A DNA stretch of 64,000 bases from Vulcanimicrobiales bacterium (GCA_038231455.1 JBBRLI010000016.1:1-64000); one strand, 5' to 3'. Counted from the stretch's first letter, positions 1 through 9,319 are shown. A program made the numbers and translations. Notes: generated by a model not told the origin, from the sequence alone.

Positions 1-1148
1 GCCGAGTTGAACGGCACGAAGAGCGTTGCTGTCGTCGAGTTGGCGGCGGTTGTGGCGAGTGCCGCCGTCACCTGACCCTGATCGGTCGGACCGATTTTGA
101 TGTTGCTCGCCGAGATCGCGCGCTGCGAAACGATCGGCTGAAAAATCGCAACACCGGCAACGCCGCTGCCGTCGTACGCCGACTGCGTGATGCGATCGTA
201 TTCCGTCGCAAGACCCAGTGCGAACGCGTCGAGCGACTTTCCGTACGCCAAAAGCTTGTTATTGTAGAGGTCGGTGTAACCAGCGAGCTGTCCGCTGCCG
301 AGCGGGACCGGCACGGGGTTGATCGGGTTCGGGTCGTTCGCAAAACCGATGACCAAGCTCGGAACGCCGCTCGTATTGGGGGCAACGACCGAGGGTGCCA
401 AGTGGTAGGCGATCGTGTCGTTAACCAGCGCCCGGCCGTTCACCGTGACGAGAACCGATCCCGTCGATTGGATCGAGGTGGTCGTCGAAAGATATTGCGA
501 GAGTTGGTCGATCAGATGATCGCGCTGGTCTTTGTACGTGTTCGGATTGTCGCCGACCGCCGTCGAGGCCCGGATCTGTCCGTTGAGCGCGGCAATCTTG
601 TCGAGCACGTCGTTGAGTTGAACGACCGTCGAATTCGTCTGATTTTGGACTTGCAGCTCTTGTTGCTGAATTGCACCCGACGCACTGCTCAAGGCCGAGG
701 TCAGGGCATTGGCCGTGCCAACGACGTTTTGACGCGCGTTCGGATCGGCGGGATGTGCGACGAGTCCCTGAATTGCGTTTTGGAACTTGCTGTAGGTGTC
801 GTTGATCCCGCCGCTGGGCTCGGAGAGCGTCGCTTGCGTCGCCTGCAGCTGCTGCTGCTGAATCGTGTAGTAGTTCGATGACGACGAAGCACCGCGAAAG
901 AGGCCGTCGTACGAATCTTGATGGACGCGCGTGATCGACTGGACGATGACGCCGTCGCCGCGTGTCCCCGGACCGAAGTGCGTCGAATAGAACGGGCTGC
1001 CCGCGATCGGCGGCGCTTCCGTCAGATTAACGATTTGTCGCGACGCACCGGGCGTCGAGGCATTGTTCAAGTTATCCGACGTGACGTTGAGTGCCGTCTC
1101 GAATGCCTGGAGCGATTTGCCGGCAAGGCCTAAGCCAAAGAAACTCAT
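1..1148 (-). CDS. flgK: flagellar hook-associated protein 1 (runs off the window's left edge)
   Basis: Manual translation from ATG 1148 gives MSFFGLGLAGKSLQAFETALNVTSDNLNNASTPGASRQ, a typical FlgK N-terminus. ATGA overlap with the flgN stop. Confidence 0.9.
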   Translation of the reverse strand, partial: MSFFGLGLAGKSLQAFETALNVTSDNLNNASTPGASRQIVNLTEAPPIAGSPFYSTHFGPGTRGDGVIVQSITRVHQDSYDGLFRGASSSSNYYTIQQQQLQATQATLSEPSGGINDTYSKFQNAIQGLVAHPADPNARQNVVGTANALTSALSSASGAIQQQELQVQNQTNSTVVQLNDVLDKIAALNGQIRASTAVGDNPNTYKDQRDHLIDQLSQYLSTTTSIQSTGSVLVTVNGRALVNDTIAYHLAPSVVAPNTSGVPSLVIGFANDPNPINPVPVPLGSGQLAGYTDLYNNKLLAYGKSLDAFALGLATEYDRITQSAYDGSGVAGVAIFQPIVSQRAISASNIKIGPTDQGQVTAALATTAANSTTATLFVPFNS

Positions 1149-1624
1149 GCGCGGCGGCTCACAAGGACGCTGCCGTCGGGCGGCGGGACGGTCCCGCGAC
1201 GTTTGTACGTGCCGGGTTGCTCGACGCCGGCGCGTTGGATGATCGCGACGGTCTTCATCAGCCGATCCATTCCGGCAAGAATCAACGATTTGTTATTCTC
1301 GTTGGTGAGTCCGAGCGCGTGCGTGGAGACTTGAATCTCACACATATCGCCATACAGGTTCCACGCAATTTCGCGCGGCGCGTACGCGATGACGCTTGCG
1401 ATCGACATCTCGCCAAAGCCCCGCTTCTGCGTCTCAACGCGGCGTTGGAACACGGCGTTGTGACGGCTTTGCTCGACTTCGAGCTTCCGCTCCGAAAGAG
1501 AAATTGCCGTCGTATCGTTTTCTACGAGGGCGCTCGTCATTTCCATCGCGACGGTGTTGAGCACGCGGAGCTGATCGCGCTCGGCGCGCAGCATGTCGGC
1601 AAAACTATTCCAGCTATCGCTCAT
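1145..1624 (-). CDS. flgN: FlgN-family flagellar export chaperone
   Basis: 159 aa helical protein between flgM and flgK, with an NxxNxxLI motif and C-terminal GTY. Confidence 0.75.
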   Translation of the reverse strand: MSDSWNSFADMLRAERDQLRVLNTVAMEMTSALVENDTTAISLSERKLEVEQSRHNAVFQRRVETQKRGFGEMSIASVIAYAPREIAWNLYGDMCEIQVSTHALGLTNENNKSLILAGMDRLMKTVAIIQRAGVEQPGTYKRRGTVPPPDGSVLVSRRA

Positions 1625-1658
1625 GTGCGGCTCCCGTCGGTGTGCGGAGCCGCAGCGA

Positions 1659-1931
1659 CTACGCTAGGGCGGCCTCGGCGAAGAGACGTCCCAAAATCTT
1701 TTCCACGATCTGCTCGCTCGGCACGAAGTACTGGCCCTGCGAAATTCTGCGGCCCAACTCGTTGACGAGTTCCTCGCGAAAAAACGGCGACTGCTTCACA
1801 TCGGCGGCGAACGCCGCAAGCGAGAGTCCGTCCCCGGCCACGTAAGAATCCGACGGTGAGGACGGCGTGCGCTTGCGCGCTGGCCGATTGGCGGAAATCG
1901 CTGAGCTGACTTCCGTCCGGCTGATGATCAT
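1659..1931 (-). CDS. flgM: anti-sigma28 factor
   Basis: C-terminal REELVNELGRRISQGQYFVPSEQIVEKIL is FlgM-like. ATG 1931 follows a CAGGAG RBS. Confidence 0.8.
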   Translation of the reverse strand: MIISRTEVSSAISANRPARKRTPSSPSDSYVAGDGLSLAAFAADVKQSPFFREELVNELGRRISQGQYFVPSEQIVEKILGRLFAEAALA

Positions 1932-1966
1932 GCAGGTCTCCTGGGATTGCTTCCTTGCTAAGGAAA

Positions 1967-1994
1967 GCATCGGACCAGGACAAGCGCGACTTTA
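1967..1994 (-). promoter_or_regulatory. sigma28 (FliA/SigD)-type promoter upstream of flgM
   Basis: TAAA-N16-TCCGATGC on the minus strand, versus consensus TAAA-N15/16-GCCGATAA. Confidence 0.6.
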
Positions 1995-2000
1995 GCATTT

Positions 2001-2396
2001 TCACGGCCCAACCTCGGGTTCGCGAGGCGACGATTTCGCATCCGTGTTCGGCGCCACAACCGGTAGGGCGGCGCCCGCCGGCGGACCGCTTGGGAGCGAG
2101 CCGATGACTGACTGACGGAGCTGTGCTTCCATGAGCTTGCCGATCCCAAGCGAGCCGGTTTTGGCAAGGTCTTCCGCGCGCTTTTCGTCGAGCATTTCAC
2201 CGAAGGTGCGTTCTGCCTCACCGATCTTGCCGGTGATTGAGGTCTTGGACTGGCCTTCGCGCATCGTCTTGAAGAGCATGTTAACGAACACGCTCTCGAA
2301 TTGCTGCGTTGCGTCGTGCAGCTTCTTGAGCGCCGAGCGTTGCTCGGAGGTCAGGTTGGCGTCGGCGTCCGGCGGCGGGATGCGATCGATCGACAT
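2001..2396 (-). CDS. flgJ: FlgJ rod-binding domain protein (no muramidase domain)
   Basis: KLHDATQQFESVFVNMLFKTMR and GLGIGKLM motifs; follows flgI. Confidence 0.85.
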   Translation of the reverse strand: MSIDRIPPPDADANLTSEQRSALKKLHDATQQFESVFVNMLFKTMREGQSKTSITGKIGEAERTFGEMLDEKRAEDLAKTGSLGIGKLMEAQLRQSVIGSLPSGPPAGAALPVVAPNTDAKSSPREPEVGP

Positions 2397-2399
2397 AAC

Positions 2400-3518
2400 T
2401 TAGATGATCTCCACGTCGGCTTGTAGCGAGCCGGATTCGCGCAGTGCCTGCACGATTGCGATGAGATCGCGCGGCGAGACGCCGATCGTATTGAGCGCAC
2501 GGACGACTTGGGCCAGCGTCGCCGCGCCGTTGATGTAGATGAGCTTGCGGCCGTTCTCTTTTGCTTCGACGCGCGTGTTCGTCTGCGTGACCGTCGGAGC
2601 GTTGGTGAACGGGCCGGCGGGTACGGCGGTGTTGGTCGTCGTGATCGTCAGCGAGAGATTGCCGTGCGCGATCGCCACCGGCGCGAGCTTGATGTCTCCG
2701 CCGAGCACGATCGTCCCGGTGCGTTCGTTGACGACGACCTTCGCGAGCGAATCGGCATCGAGTCGCAAGTCGCTTGCATCGGCAAGAAAGTTCACCGTGT
2801 CGTTGACGTAACGCGAGGGCAAGTTGACGCGTACCGTTTCCGCGTCAAGTGCGCGCGCCGTACCGCCGCCGAAGCGTTTGTTCAGGGCGATCGCGAGGTG
2901 TGCGGCCGTTTTGTAGTCGGGCGAGGTCAGCACGTACGAGAATCCGGACTGATCTTGCTGGAGATTGGTCACCATATCGCGCGCGATGATCGCCCCTTGC
3001 GGGATGCGGCCGGCGGCAGTGTGATTTTTCGATACGGTATCGGTCCCGGTGCCAAAGCTGAAGCCGCCGACGGACATCGGTCCCTGAGCGGTCGCATACA
3101 CCAAATTATTTGCCGCTCGCAGCTCGGTCAGGATGAGCGTGCCGCCCTGCAGGCTACCCGCATCGCCCATCGAGCTGACGGTGACGTCGATATTGTCGCC
3201 GGAGTGCGCGAAGGGCGGAAGGCTTGCGGTAACCACAACGGCCGCGACGTTGCGCGTGCGCACGTCCTGCGAGGTCGTCGAGAGACCGAAGGTTTGCAGC
3301 ACGTTCTGAATCGTCTTCGAGGTGAAGGCAACCGAAGTCGAATCGCCCGTTCCCTGGAGACCGGTAACGAGTCCGTAGCCGACGAGTTGGTTACTCGTTA
3401 CGCCTTGAACGCGCGTGATGTCTTTGAGACGAACGTCTTGCGCTGAGGCGGGAGCGGCGACGAGCGTCGTGCTTGTCACGAGCGCGGCGAGAGCGATAAG
3501 TGCGAGTTTCTTCATCAT
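2400..3518 (-). CDS. flgI: flagellar P-ring protein
   Basis: RLKDI...NQLVGYGLVTGLQGTGD, VVVNERTGTIV and C-terminal LQADVEII. Confidence 0.97.
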   Translation of the reverse strand: MMKKLALIALAALVTSTTLVAAPASAQDVRLKDITRVQGVTSNQLVGYGLVTGLQGTGDSTSVAFTSKTIQNVLQTFGLSTTSQDVRTRNVAAVVVTASLPPFAHSGDNIDVTVSSMGDAGSLQGGTLILTELRAANNLVYATAQGPMSVGGFSFGTGTDTVSKNHTAAGRIPQGAIIARDMVTNLQQDQSGFSYVLTSPDYKTAAHLAIALNKRFGGGTARALDAETVRVNLPSRYVNDTVNFLADASDLRLDADSLAKVVVNERTGTIVLGGDIKLAPVAIAHGNLSLTITTTNTAVPAGPFTNAPTVTQTNTRVEAKENGRKLIYINGAATLAQVVRALNTIGVSPRDLIAIVQALRESGSLQADVEII

Positions 3519-4120
3519 CAGAATAAGAAGTCCAGAATCTTGCGAATGATGCCCTTATTCTTCTCTTGAAAGTCGCCGGCAAATTTTGCTTGCACGTTGG
3601 CGATGCGCGTCGAGAGCACGGTGTCGGTCGAGTCGATGTCCTCAGGACGAACGACGCCTGTCACGTGCAACGTTTGATTTTGACCGTTAATATTGAGGCC
3701 TTGATCGCCCGCTACCGCAAGCGCACCGCTCGGCAGCACATTCGTGACCGTCGCCATCATCGCGCTCACAAACGAATTCGTGCCGTTGCGCGTCTTCGAG
3801 GACTGCGCGGCGGTCGTGCCGCCGATCCCCGTTGGGAAGCGCAGGATGCTCTGCGCGAGGTTGCCGGTGCCCGCTCCGAGGTTGACGTTGTAGCCTTTGC
3901 CGTCTTGGGAGACGTCCGAACTTGCGGTATTGACCGCGAAGTTGAACTGGATCTCGACCAGATCGCCGACTTGGCTTGCGCGATGATCCGGCCCAAGACG
4001 CATCGGATGGCCCGGCGCCTGTGCGGGCGGGGCGGCTACGTACAGCGTGTCGGCGGATGCAACGCCCGAAGCCGCGACGAGCGCGGCCAGTATGGCGGTC
4101 AGAACGATTTTGGATTTCAT
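3518..4120 (-). CDS. flgH: flagellar L-ring protein
   Basis: DHRASQVGDLV, VTNVLPSG, GVVRPEDI and STRIAN motifs. Confidence 0.93.
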   Translation of the reverse strand: MKSKIVLTAILAALVAASGVASADTLYVAAPPAQAPGHPMRLGPDHRASQVGDLVEIQFNFAVNTASSDVSQDGKGYNVNLGAGTGNLAQSILRFPTGIGGTTAAQSSKTRNGTNSFVSAMMATVTNVLPSGALAVAGDQGLNINGQNQTLHVTGVVRPEDIDSTDTVLSTRIANVQAKFAGDFQEKNKGIIRKILDFLF

Positions 4121-4839
4121 GTGTCGTCTCCCGGGAGAGTAAGTTCGACCTTCCCTGGTCCGGTAACGAGTCCGCTCAGCGCTTTGTGCGTCTGCGGATT
4201 ATAGACAAAGACCGTTTCGCCGAGCGCTCCGCTACTTCGCGCAACGACGTCGGCGGAAACAACGACCGGCCCGTCGTGGACCAGGAAGACGACCATCTCG
4301 CCCGCTTTCACGACCTGGACGGCCGTCGTTGCTTCGGGGTAAACCGCGGTGCCTTTGAAGGTTGCCGTACGGATCTTGCGACCGATGAGCGCGTCGAGAC
4401 CGACGGTCATGCGTCCGGTCGCGGGAACGCGATCCAAGATTAAATCTTTTTCGCTCAAGATTGTACCGGCTTCGAGGTCGCGAGCGGCGGCGGCACTGCG
4501 AACGAACGCGGTCACGCGGAAGCCCGCCGTGATCGTGCGCTCGAGTTTCCCGTCGACCGAAATCGCAACGGGGACCGTTGCGAAACCCGGATTGACCGTA
4601 GGCGCCTTGACGATCGTAACGACGACGTTGCCGACCGGGACGCGCTGGTCGACGATTGCGTAGGCTGGCGAAACGACGCGATCGGCATCGTGAACGACGC
4701 CGAGTACGGCAGCTTTGGCAATCGAGCTGATCGTCGCTCCGGCCACGACCTGCTCGGCGCGCGGCGCGGCGACGCTTGCGTTTGCAAACGTCGGCGCGAC
4801 GAGCGCGAGAAAGGCGGCGGCAAGAGCGATGCGGCGCAT
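4117..4839 (-). CDS. flgA: P-ring formation chaperone
   Basis: Signal peptide, SAF-like segment (AARDLEAGTIL) and C-terminal GALGETVFVYN...GLVTGPGKVEL; lies between flgG and flgH. Confidence 0.88.
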   Translation of the reverse strand: MRRIALAAAFLALVAPTFANASVAAPRAEQVVAGATISSIAKAAVLGVVHDADRVVSPAYAIVDQRVPVGNVVVTIVKAPTVNPGFATVPVAISVDGKLERTITAGFRVTAFVRSAAAARDLEAGTILSEKDLILDRVPATGRMTVGLDALIGRKIRTATFKGTAVYPEATTAVQVVKAGEMVVFLVHDGPVVVSADVVARSSGALGETVFVYNPQTHKALSGLVTGPGKVELTLPGDDT

Positions 4840-5624
4840 TAGCGTTTCGTGTTGACCGCGGTCGTGAGGATCTCATCGGAGACCGTCACGGCCTTGGAGT
4901 TGGCTTCGAAGGCGCGCTGCGCGGTGATCAGGTTGACGATCTCTTCAACGACCGCGACATTCGACTGCTCGATGTAGCCGCCCTGAAGCGTCCCGGCACC
5001 GTTGAGTCCGGGAGCGGTGATCGTCGGTGCGCCCGAGGCGCCGGTCTGCACGAACAAGTTGCGGCCCTGCGGTGCAAGTCCGGCGGCGTTGGTGAAACGC
5101 ACGAGCTGGATCTGACCGAGTTGCTGGGGCTGCTGCTGTCCGGGGACGAGTGCGGTGACGATACCGTCTTGACCCACTTGCACTTGCACGGCGTTGGCCG
5201 GCACTTGCAACTGGGGCGAGAGGAAGTAGCCGTCGGCGGTGACGATCGAGCCGTTATTGTCGCGTTTGAACGTTCCGTCGCGGGTGTAGGCGATGGTGCC
5301 GTCCGGCTGCGTGATCTGGAAGAATCCGTCGCCTTCGATTGCGATGTCGAGCGGATTTTGCGTCTGCTGCAAGAGGCCTTGCGTGAAGAGTTTCTCGGAC
5401 GATCCGACCTTCACACCCAGACCAACTTCTTGGCCGACCGGAACGACGGATGCACCGACGGGCGTACCGGGAGCGCGGAGTTCTTGATAAATCAAGTCCT
5501 GGAAGCGCGCTTGGTTTTTGCGGAAGCCCGTGGTGTTGACGTTCGCGAGATTATTGGAAGTCGTATCGATGTTGTATTGTTGGGCGATCATGCCGCTGGC
5601 CGCGGTATAAAGTGCTCGCATCAT
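4839..5624 (-). CDS. flgG: flagellar basal-body distal rod protein
   Basis: MMRALYTAASGM...NNLANVNTTGF, YTRDG, EQSNVAVVEEIVNLITAQRAFEAN. Confidence 0.97.
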   Translation of the reverse strand: MMRALYTAASGMIAQQYNIDTTSNNLANVNTTGFRKNQARFQDLIYQELRAPGTPVGASVVPVGQEVGLGVKVGSSEKLFTQGLLQQTQNPLDIAIEGDGFFQITQPDGTIAYTRDGTFKRDNNGSIVTADGYFLSPQLQVPANAVQVQVGQDGIVTALVPGQQQPQQLGQIQLVRFTNAAGLAPQGRNLFVQTGASGAPTITAPGLNGAGTLQGGYIEQSNVAVVEEIVNLITAQRAFEANSKAVTVSDEILTTAVNTKR

Positions 5625-5639
5625 GGCGGGTTATTGCTC

Positions 5640-6443
5640 CTAGCGGCTCGAGTGGCCGACGTACTGAATCGCTTGATTCGTCGCGTCGTCTTGTGCTTGG
5701 ATCACTTTTTCATTAGCGTCGAACCAGCGCTCGGCGGCGATCAAATCGACCATCGAGCGTACGACATTGGCGTTGGATTTTTCGAGGGTGCCCTGCAGCA
5801 CGTTGCTGCCGGTCGCAGGCGTCGGGCCGGCGCCGCCATCGATGAAACGGTTCGAGCCTTCGCTCCGCATGAAGCGCGTATCGCGAAATTCGACCGTTTG
5901 AATCTGATCGACGAAGCGGCCGTTGACGGTGATATTGCCTTTGCGGTCGACTAAGAAGTCACCGGAGTCGGGAACTTGGATCGGGTTCCCGTTCTGACCG
6001 ACAACGGCATCACCGCTATCGGTCACGAGCTTGCCGCTGTTATCGCGAACGAAGCCGCCATCACGCGTGTAGCGCAACTGCCCTTGCGGATTACGCACGG
6101 TGAAGAACCCCGGACCCTCGATCGAAAAATCGAACGGGTTGTTTGTTGTTTGCGTCGGGCCTTGTTCGAAGACGGTCGGCGTATCGGGCGTATCGTAGAT
6201 GCGCGAGCCGAAGCCCAGCGGACCAACGTACGCGACGCCGGCTCGACCGGGCGTGTGCGAACCGGGCGCCGTGCCGTTCTCGGTCTGAAGGCGATAGATC
6301 TGCGCCTTCTCGATCGATTCGACTTGGAGGAACGTGCGCTTGAAACCGTTGGTATTCGTATTTGCGATGTTATTCGCAATGACGTCCACGTTGGCTGTCG
6401 CGACGACCGCTCCGTTAGCGGCGATATAGAGACCACGAACCAA
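5640..6443 (-). CDS. flgF: flagellar basal-body rod protein FlgF (FlgF/FlgG family)
   Basis: Start taken as TTG 6443 (MVRGLYIAANG) with a GGAGG RBS. ANNIANTNTNGFK, YTRDG and LEKSNANVV motifs. Confidence 0.88.
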   Translation of the reverse strand: MVRGLYIAANGAVVATANVDVIANNIANTNTNGFKRTFLQVESIEKAQIYRLQTENGTAPGSHTPGRAGVAYVGPLGFGSRIYDTPDTPTVFEQGPTQTTNNPFDFSIEGPGFFTVRNPQGQLRYTRDGGFVRDNSGKLVTDSGDAVVGQNGNPIQVPDSGDFLVDRKGNITVNGRFVDQIQTVEFRDTRFMRSEGSNRFIDGGAGPTPATGSNVLQGTLEKSNANVVRSMVDLIAAERWFDANEKVIQAQDDATNQAIQYVGHSSR

Positions 6444-6451
6444 TTGAAAAA

Positions 6452-6567
6452 GCCTCCGCACGATTGGTGCTCGTGCCCGGCATTGCGCCAAGCGTCGAGC
6501 AAGATAGCCATCAATCAATCCGGCTATCCCAGCGGTCTCCACCCGTGCGAAGGGCAGTCCGACCGCT
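6452..6567 (-). ncRNA. candidate structured cis-regulatory RNA in the flgF 5' leader
   Basis: Three consecutive hairpins with G-U pairs favouring the minus strand. Two loops are complementary to the segment adjoining the RBS (see findings). Confidence 0.5.
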
Positions 6568-6578
6568 ATACCTTTTGG

Positions 6579-6606
6579 TGTTCGGCAACTTCTTAGAGAA
6601 CCTTTA
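6579..6606 (-). promoter_or_regulatory. sigma28-type promoter upstream of the flgF leader
   Basis: TAAA-N16-GCCGAACA on the minus strand. Confidence 0.65.
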
Positions 6607-6637
6607 GCTTCCCCTCCTCGATGGTGCCACCTCGGGC

Positions 6638-8413
6638 TCAGGCAGCGGGGATCGATCGTCCTGCGAGCGTGGCGAGAACCGAGATGAGCCCTTGGGGCGT
6701 GCTCGCGCGGTCGGTAAAGTCTGCCATCACCGCTGCGATTCGGAGCCGATGGCTCTGCCGCTCCGCTGCGATCTCCGGTGGGACTTCGCGGGACCCGTAG
6801 AGCGCGTCCAGTGTCGGTAGGTAGAACGTGCGCAGCAATCCGGTCTGTTGACCGACCAACCCCAAGCGGGCCGAGACTTCGAGCGTCAGATCGGGCAGGA
6901 CGGCGATTGGCTCGGTTGCTTCGAAGCGCATGATCTGGTCGAAATCTTCAAGGAGGGAGACCGACTCGTTGAAGAGACCCGCGCGCACGAAGGCGCGGCG
7001 ATTGGCAAGGAGGGCGTTGAGCGGCAGACTATTGGCAATCGAGCTCTCCCACGGCGCGTCGAGGGCAGGACCGCGATAGATGCCCTCGACCGAGGCCACC
7101 AGAGCCGAGTCGAGGGCGCGCGGCTCGAACCGCACGACCTGGAGGCGCGCCGAGCTCGCAACGACTTGCGAACCCGTGCGCTCGATTCCCGAAACGAGCG
7201 CCTCGAGATGATCGGGCAAGAAGCGGTTGTCCTCATCGAGGAACGCAAGATATTCGCCCCGAGCGAGGCGCAGTCCGAGATTTCGCGCGGCGCCCGGCGG
7301 CAAGACCGCGGGCAGCCGCACGTAGGTGATGCGCTCGGCCCAGGGATGGTCGTGGATGAGTTCGCGTAGCGGAATCACGCCGGCGTCGACGACGACGATC
7401 TCCCAGTTTGCGAACGATTGCGCGCACACCGAGTCAATCGCGGCTAGGGCTTCTCCCGGCAACCGGGTCACGGGCACGATCACGCTCACGCGCGACTCTC
7501 GAACGCGAGCGGGCTCGTACGCCTGGGCTTGTTTACCAAACTGTGCGCGGAGCCGAGCAATCCGTTCGTGGACCTCGCCCGGTAAGGGATCTTCCCCGAT
7601 CGTCGAGCGAACCGAGGCGACCATCAAATCGATGAAATTGACGAATGAGAGCTGGCGCCCGAAGAGCCGTTCCAGACCCGGGTGATTCGCGTACCGCTCC
7701 GCCATCTGCACTAGTTCTATGACGTAGCCGCCGCGATTGTGAAACGACGAGCCGGAGGCATTATTCCCGTGCGCACGCACGCAAGCTGAAGGCTCGGCAA
7801 GATACGCAAACCGCTTTCCCTCTGCGGCGCAGCGAATCGCAAACTCCCAGTCCGAGCAAAACGGCAACGTCTCATCGAGCGGGCCAAGTTCTTCGAAGAG
7901 TTCGCGCCGGAATAGTGCGGCGGGCAAACACAATTGACAGAACGTCGCGAGCATTTCCGGCAGCTCGTCGCGGATGTCGACATAGTCGAAGGGGAGTTGG
8001 CTCGTCTCCGCTTTGACCGCGAACGTGCGCTCGTGCTCGTCGGCAAAGAGAATATTGGTGTAAACGACATCGAGCGCGGAGTTGCGTTCGAACACGGCCG
8101 CAAGACGCTCGAGATGGCGCTCGAGAAACCAGTCATCCGCGCACAGCCAAACGATGAATTCACCGCGCGCGTGCGTGAGGGCGCGATTGAAATTGCGGAT
8201 TAGACCGATATTTTCTTCGTTTTCAAACACGCGCACGCGTGGATCGTGTGCGTATCGCGACCGTAAGACGGTCATCGTCTCGTCGGTCGAGCGATTGTCG
8301 GTCACGACGATTTCAAAATTTTCGTACGTCTGCGCAAGGACGCTATCGATCGATTTTTCGATGAATCGCGCGTAGTTATACGACGGAATCAAAACGGAGA
8401 TGAGCGGCTTCAC
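6638..8413 (-). CDS. glycosyltransferase with two GT2 (GT-A) domains
   Basis: Domain 1: ISVLIPSYN...DNRSTD...LCADD. Domain 2: VSVIVP...ARNLGLRLARGEYLAFLDEDN. Confidence 0.9.
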   Translation of the reverse strand: MKPLISVLIPSYNYARFIEKSIDSVLAQTYENFEIVVTDNRSTDETMTVLRSRYAHDPRVRVFENEENIGLIRNFNRALTHARGEFIVWLCADDWFLERHLERLAAVFERNSALDVVYTNILFADEHERTFAVKAETSQLPFDYVDIRDELPEMLATFCQLCLPAALFRRELFEELGPLDETLPFCSDWEFAIRCAAEGKRFAYLAEPSACVRAHGNNASGSSFHNRGGYVIELVQMAERYANHPGLERLFGRQLSFVNFIDLMVASVRSTIGEDPLPGEVHERIARLRAQFGKQAQAYEPARVRESRVSVIVPVTRLPGEALAAIDSVCAQSFANWEIVVVDAGVIPLRELIHDHPWAERITYVRLPAVLPPGAARNLGLRLARGEYLAFLDEDNRFLPDHLEALVSGIERTGSQVVASSARLQVVRFEPRALDSALVASVEGIYRGPALDAPWESSIANSLPLNALLANRRAFVRAGLFNESVSLLEDFDQIMRFEATEPIAVLPDLTLEVSARLGLVGQQTGLLRTFYLPTLDALYGSREVPPEIAAERQSHRLRIAAVMADFTDRASTPQGLISVLATLAGRSIPAA

Positions 8414-8458
8414 GGCATTCGGGTGTTTGCCGCAAGACCGGCGATTTCACTCTTCGCC

Positions 8459-9301
8459 TTACGGCGTCGTCACTTCCACCGCCGGTAAGAGGGCAGCGAA
8501 TCGCTCCTCGACCGCGCGCGCGCCCGGGGGCCGGGCCGCCGGATCGAAATCCAAGAGCGCATCGACGAGCGTGACGAGCCCCGGGTCGTGACCGAGGGGT
8601 GGAACGCGAATTGGCGCAGCATCCGGCCCGATTCGACTCAGGGCAATCATCCAGGCCGGCGCTTTGCCCTCCGGGAGCTCCCCCGTCATCATTTCGTAGC
8701 ACACGACGCCAAGAGCGAAGAGATCGGATGACGGCGTCGCCGGCGACCCGGTCATCAAGCGCGGTGAAGCATACGGCATCGAGCCGACCACGATGTCATC
8801 GCCCGGGGGTGGCTCGTGGTCGTCTGCTTCGAGGCGAGCGAGGCCAAAGTCACCGAGTTTCGGTGTGCCGTCCGCATCGATGAGCACGTTAGCGCTCTTC
8901 ACATCACGATGGACGATGCCGGCTTCGTGCGCGATGCAGAGCGCGCGGGCAATAGCGATCGCAAAGTGCACCGTTTGAGGATCGGGAAACGGCGCGTGCT
9001 CGCGAATGAGCGTGCGCAGCGAACCGCCCGGAACATACTCGAGAACGAGGTATGGCCGCCCCTCGTGTTCGCCAATGTCGTGAATAGCGATTACGCTGGT
9101 GTCGTCGATTTTCGCGACGGCGCGGGCTTCGCTATAGAGGCTCTCAGTGACGACCGGGTCGGAGGCAAGTCGCGGCTGTAACAGCTTGATCGCGACCGTG
9201 CGTTCGAGCACCGTATCGAAAGCTTGGTATACAACGGCCATGACGCCGCTTCCGACCACGTGATCGAGCCGGTACCGGCCTCCGAGAAGCGCTTCATCCA
9301 T
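8459..9301 (-). CDS. Hanks-type Ser/Thr protein kinase (kinase domain only)
   Basis: GSGVMAVVY, VAIK, HRDVKSAN and DFG present; the APE motif appears as SPR. Confidence 0.9.
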   Translation of the reverse strand: MDEALLGGRYRLDHVVGSGVMAVVYQAFDTVLERTVAIKLLQPRLASDPVVTESLYSEARAVAKIDDTSVIAIHDIGEHEGRPYLVLEYVPGGSLRTLIREHAPFPDPQTVHFAIAIARALCIAHEAGIVHRDVKSANVLIDADGTPKLGDFGLARLEADDHEPPPGDDIVVGSMPYASPRLMTGSPATPSSDLFALGVVCYEMMTGELPEGKAPAWMIALSRIGPDAAPIRVPPLGHDPGLVTLVDALLDFDPAARPPGARAVEERFAALLPAVEVTTP

Positions 9302-9319
9302 CGCCTCTCCATTCCCATA

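Noticed and set aside
4776-5954. Long plus-strand ORFs antisense to flgG/flgF, and similar ones opposite flgI, moeB, recG and the M13 genes
   Set aside because: These are shadow ORFs expected from high-GC codon bias; no motifs, and the opposite strand carries conserved genes.
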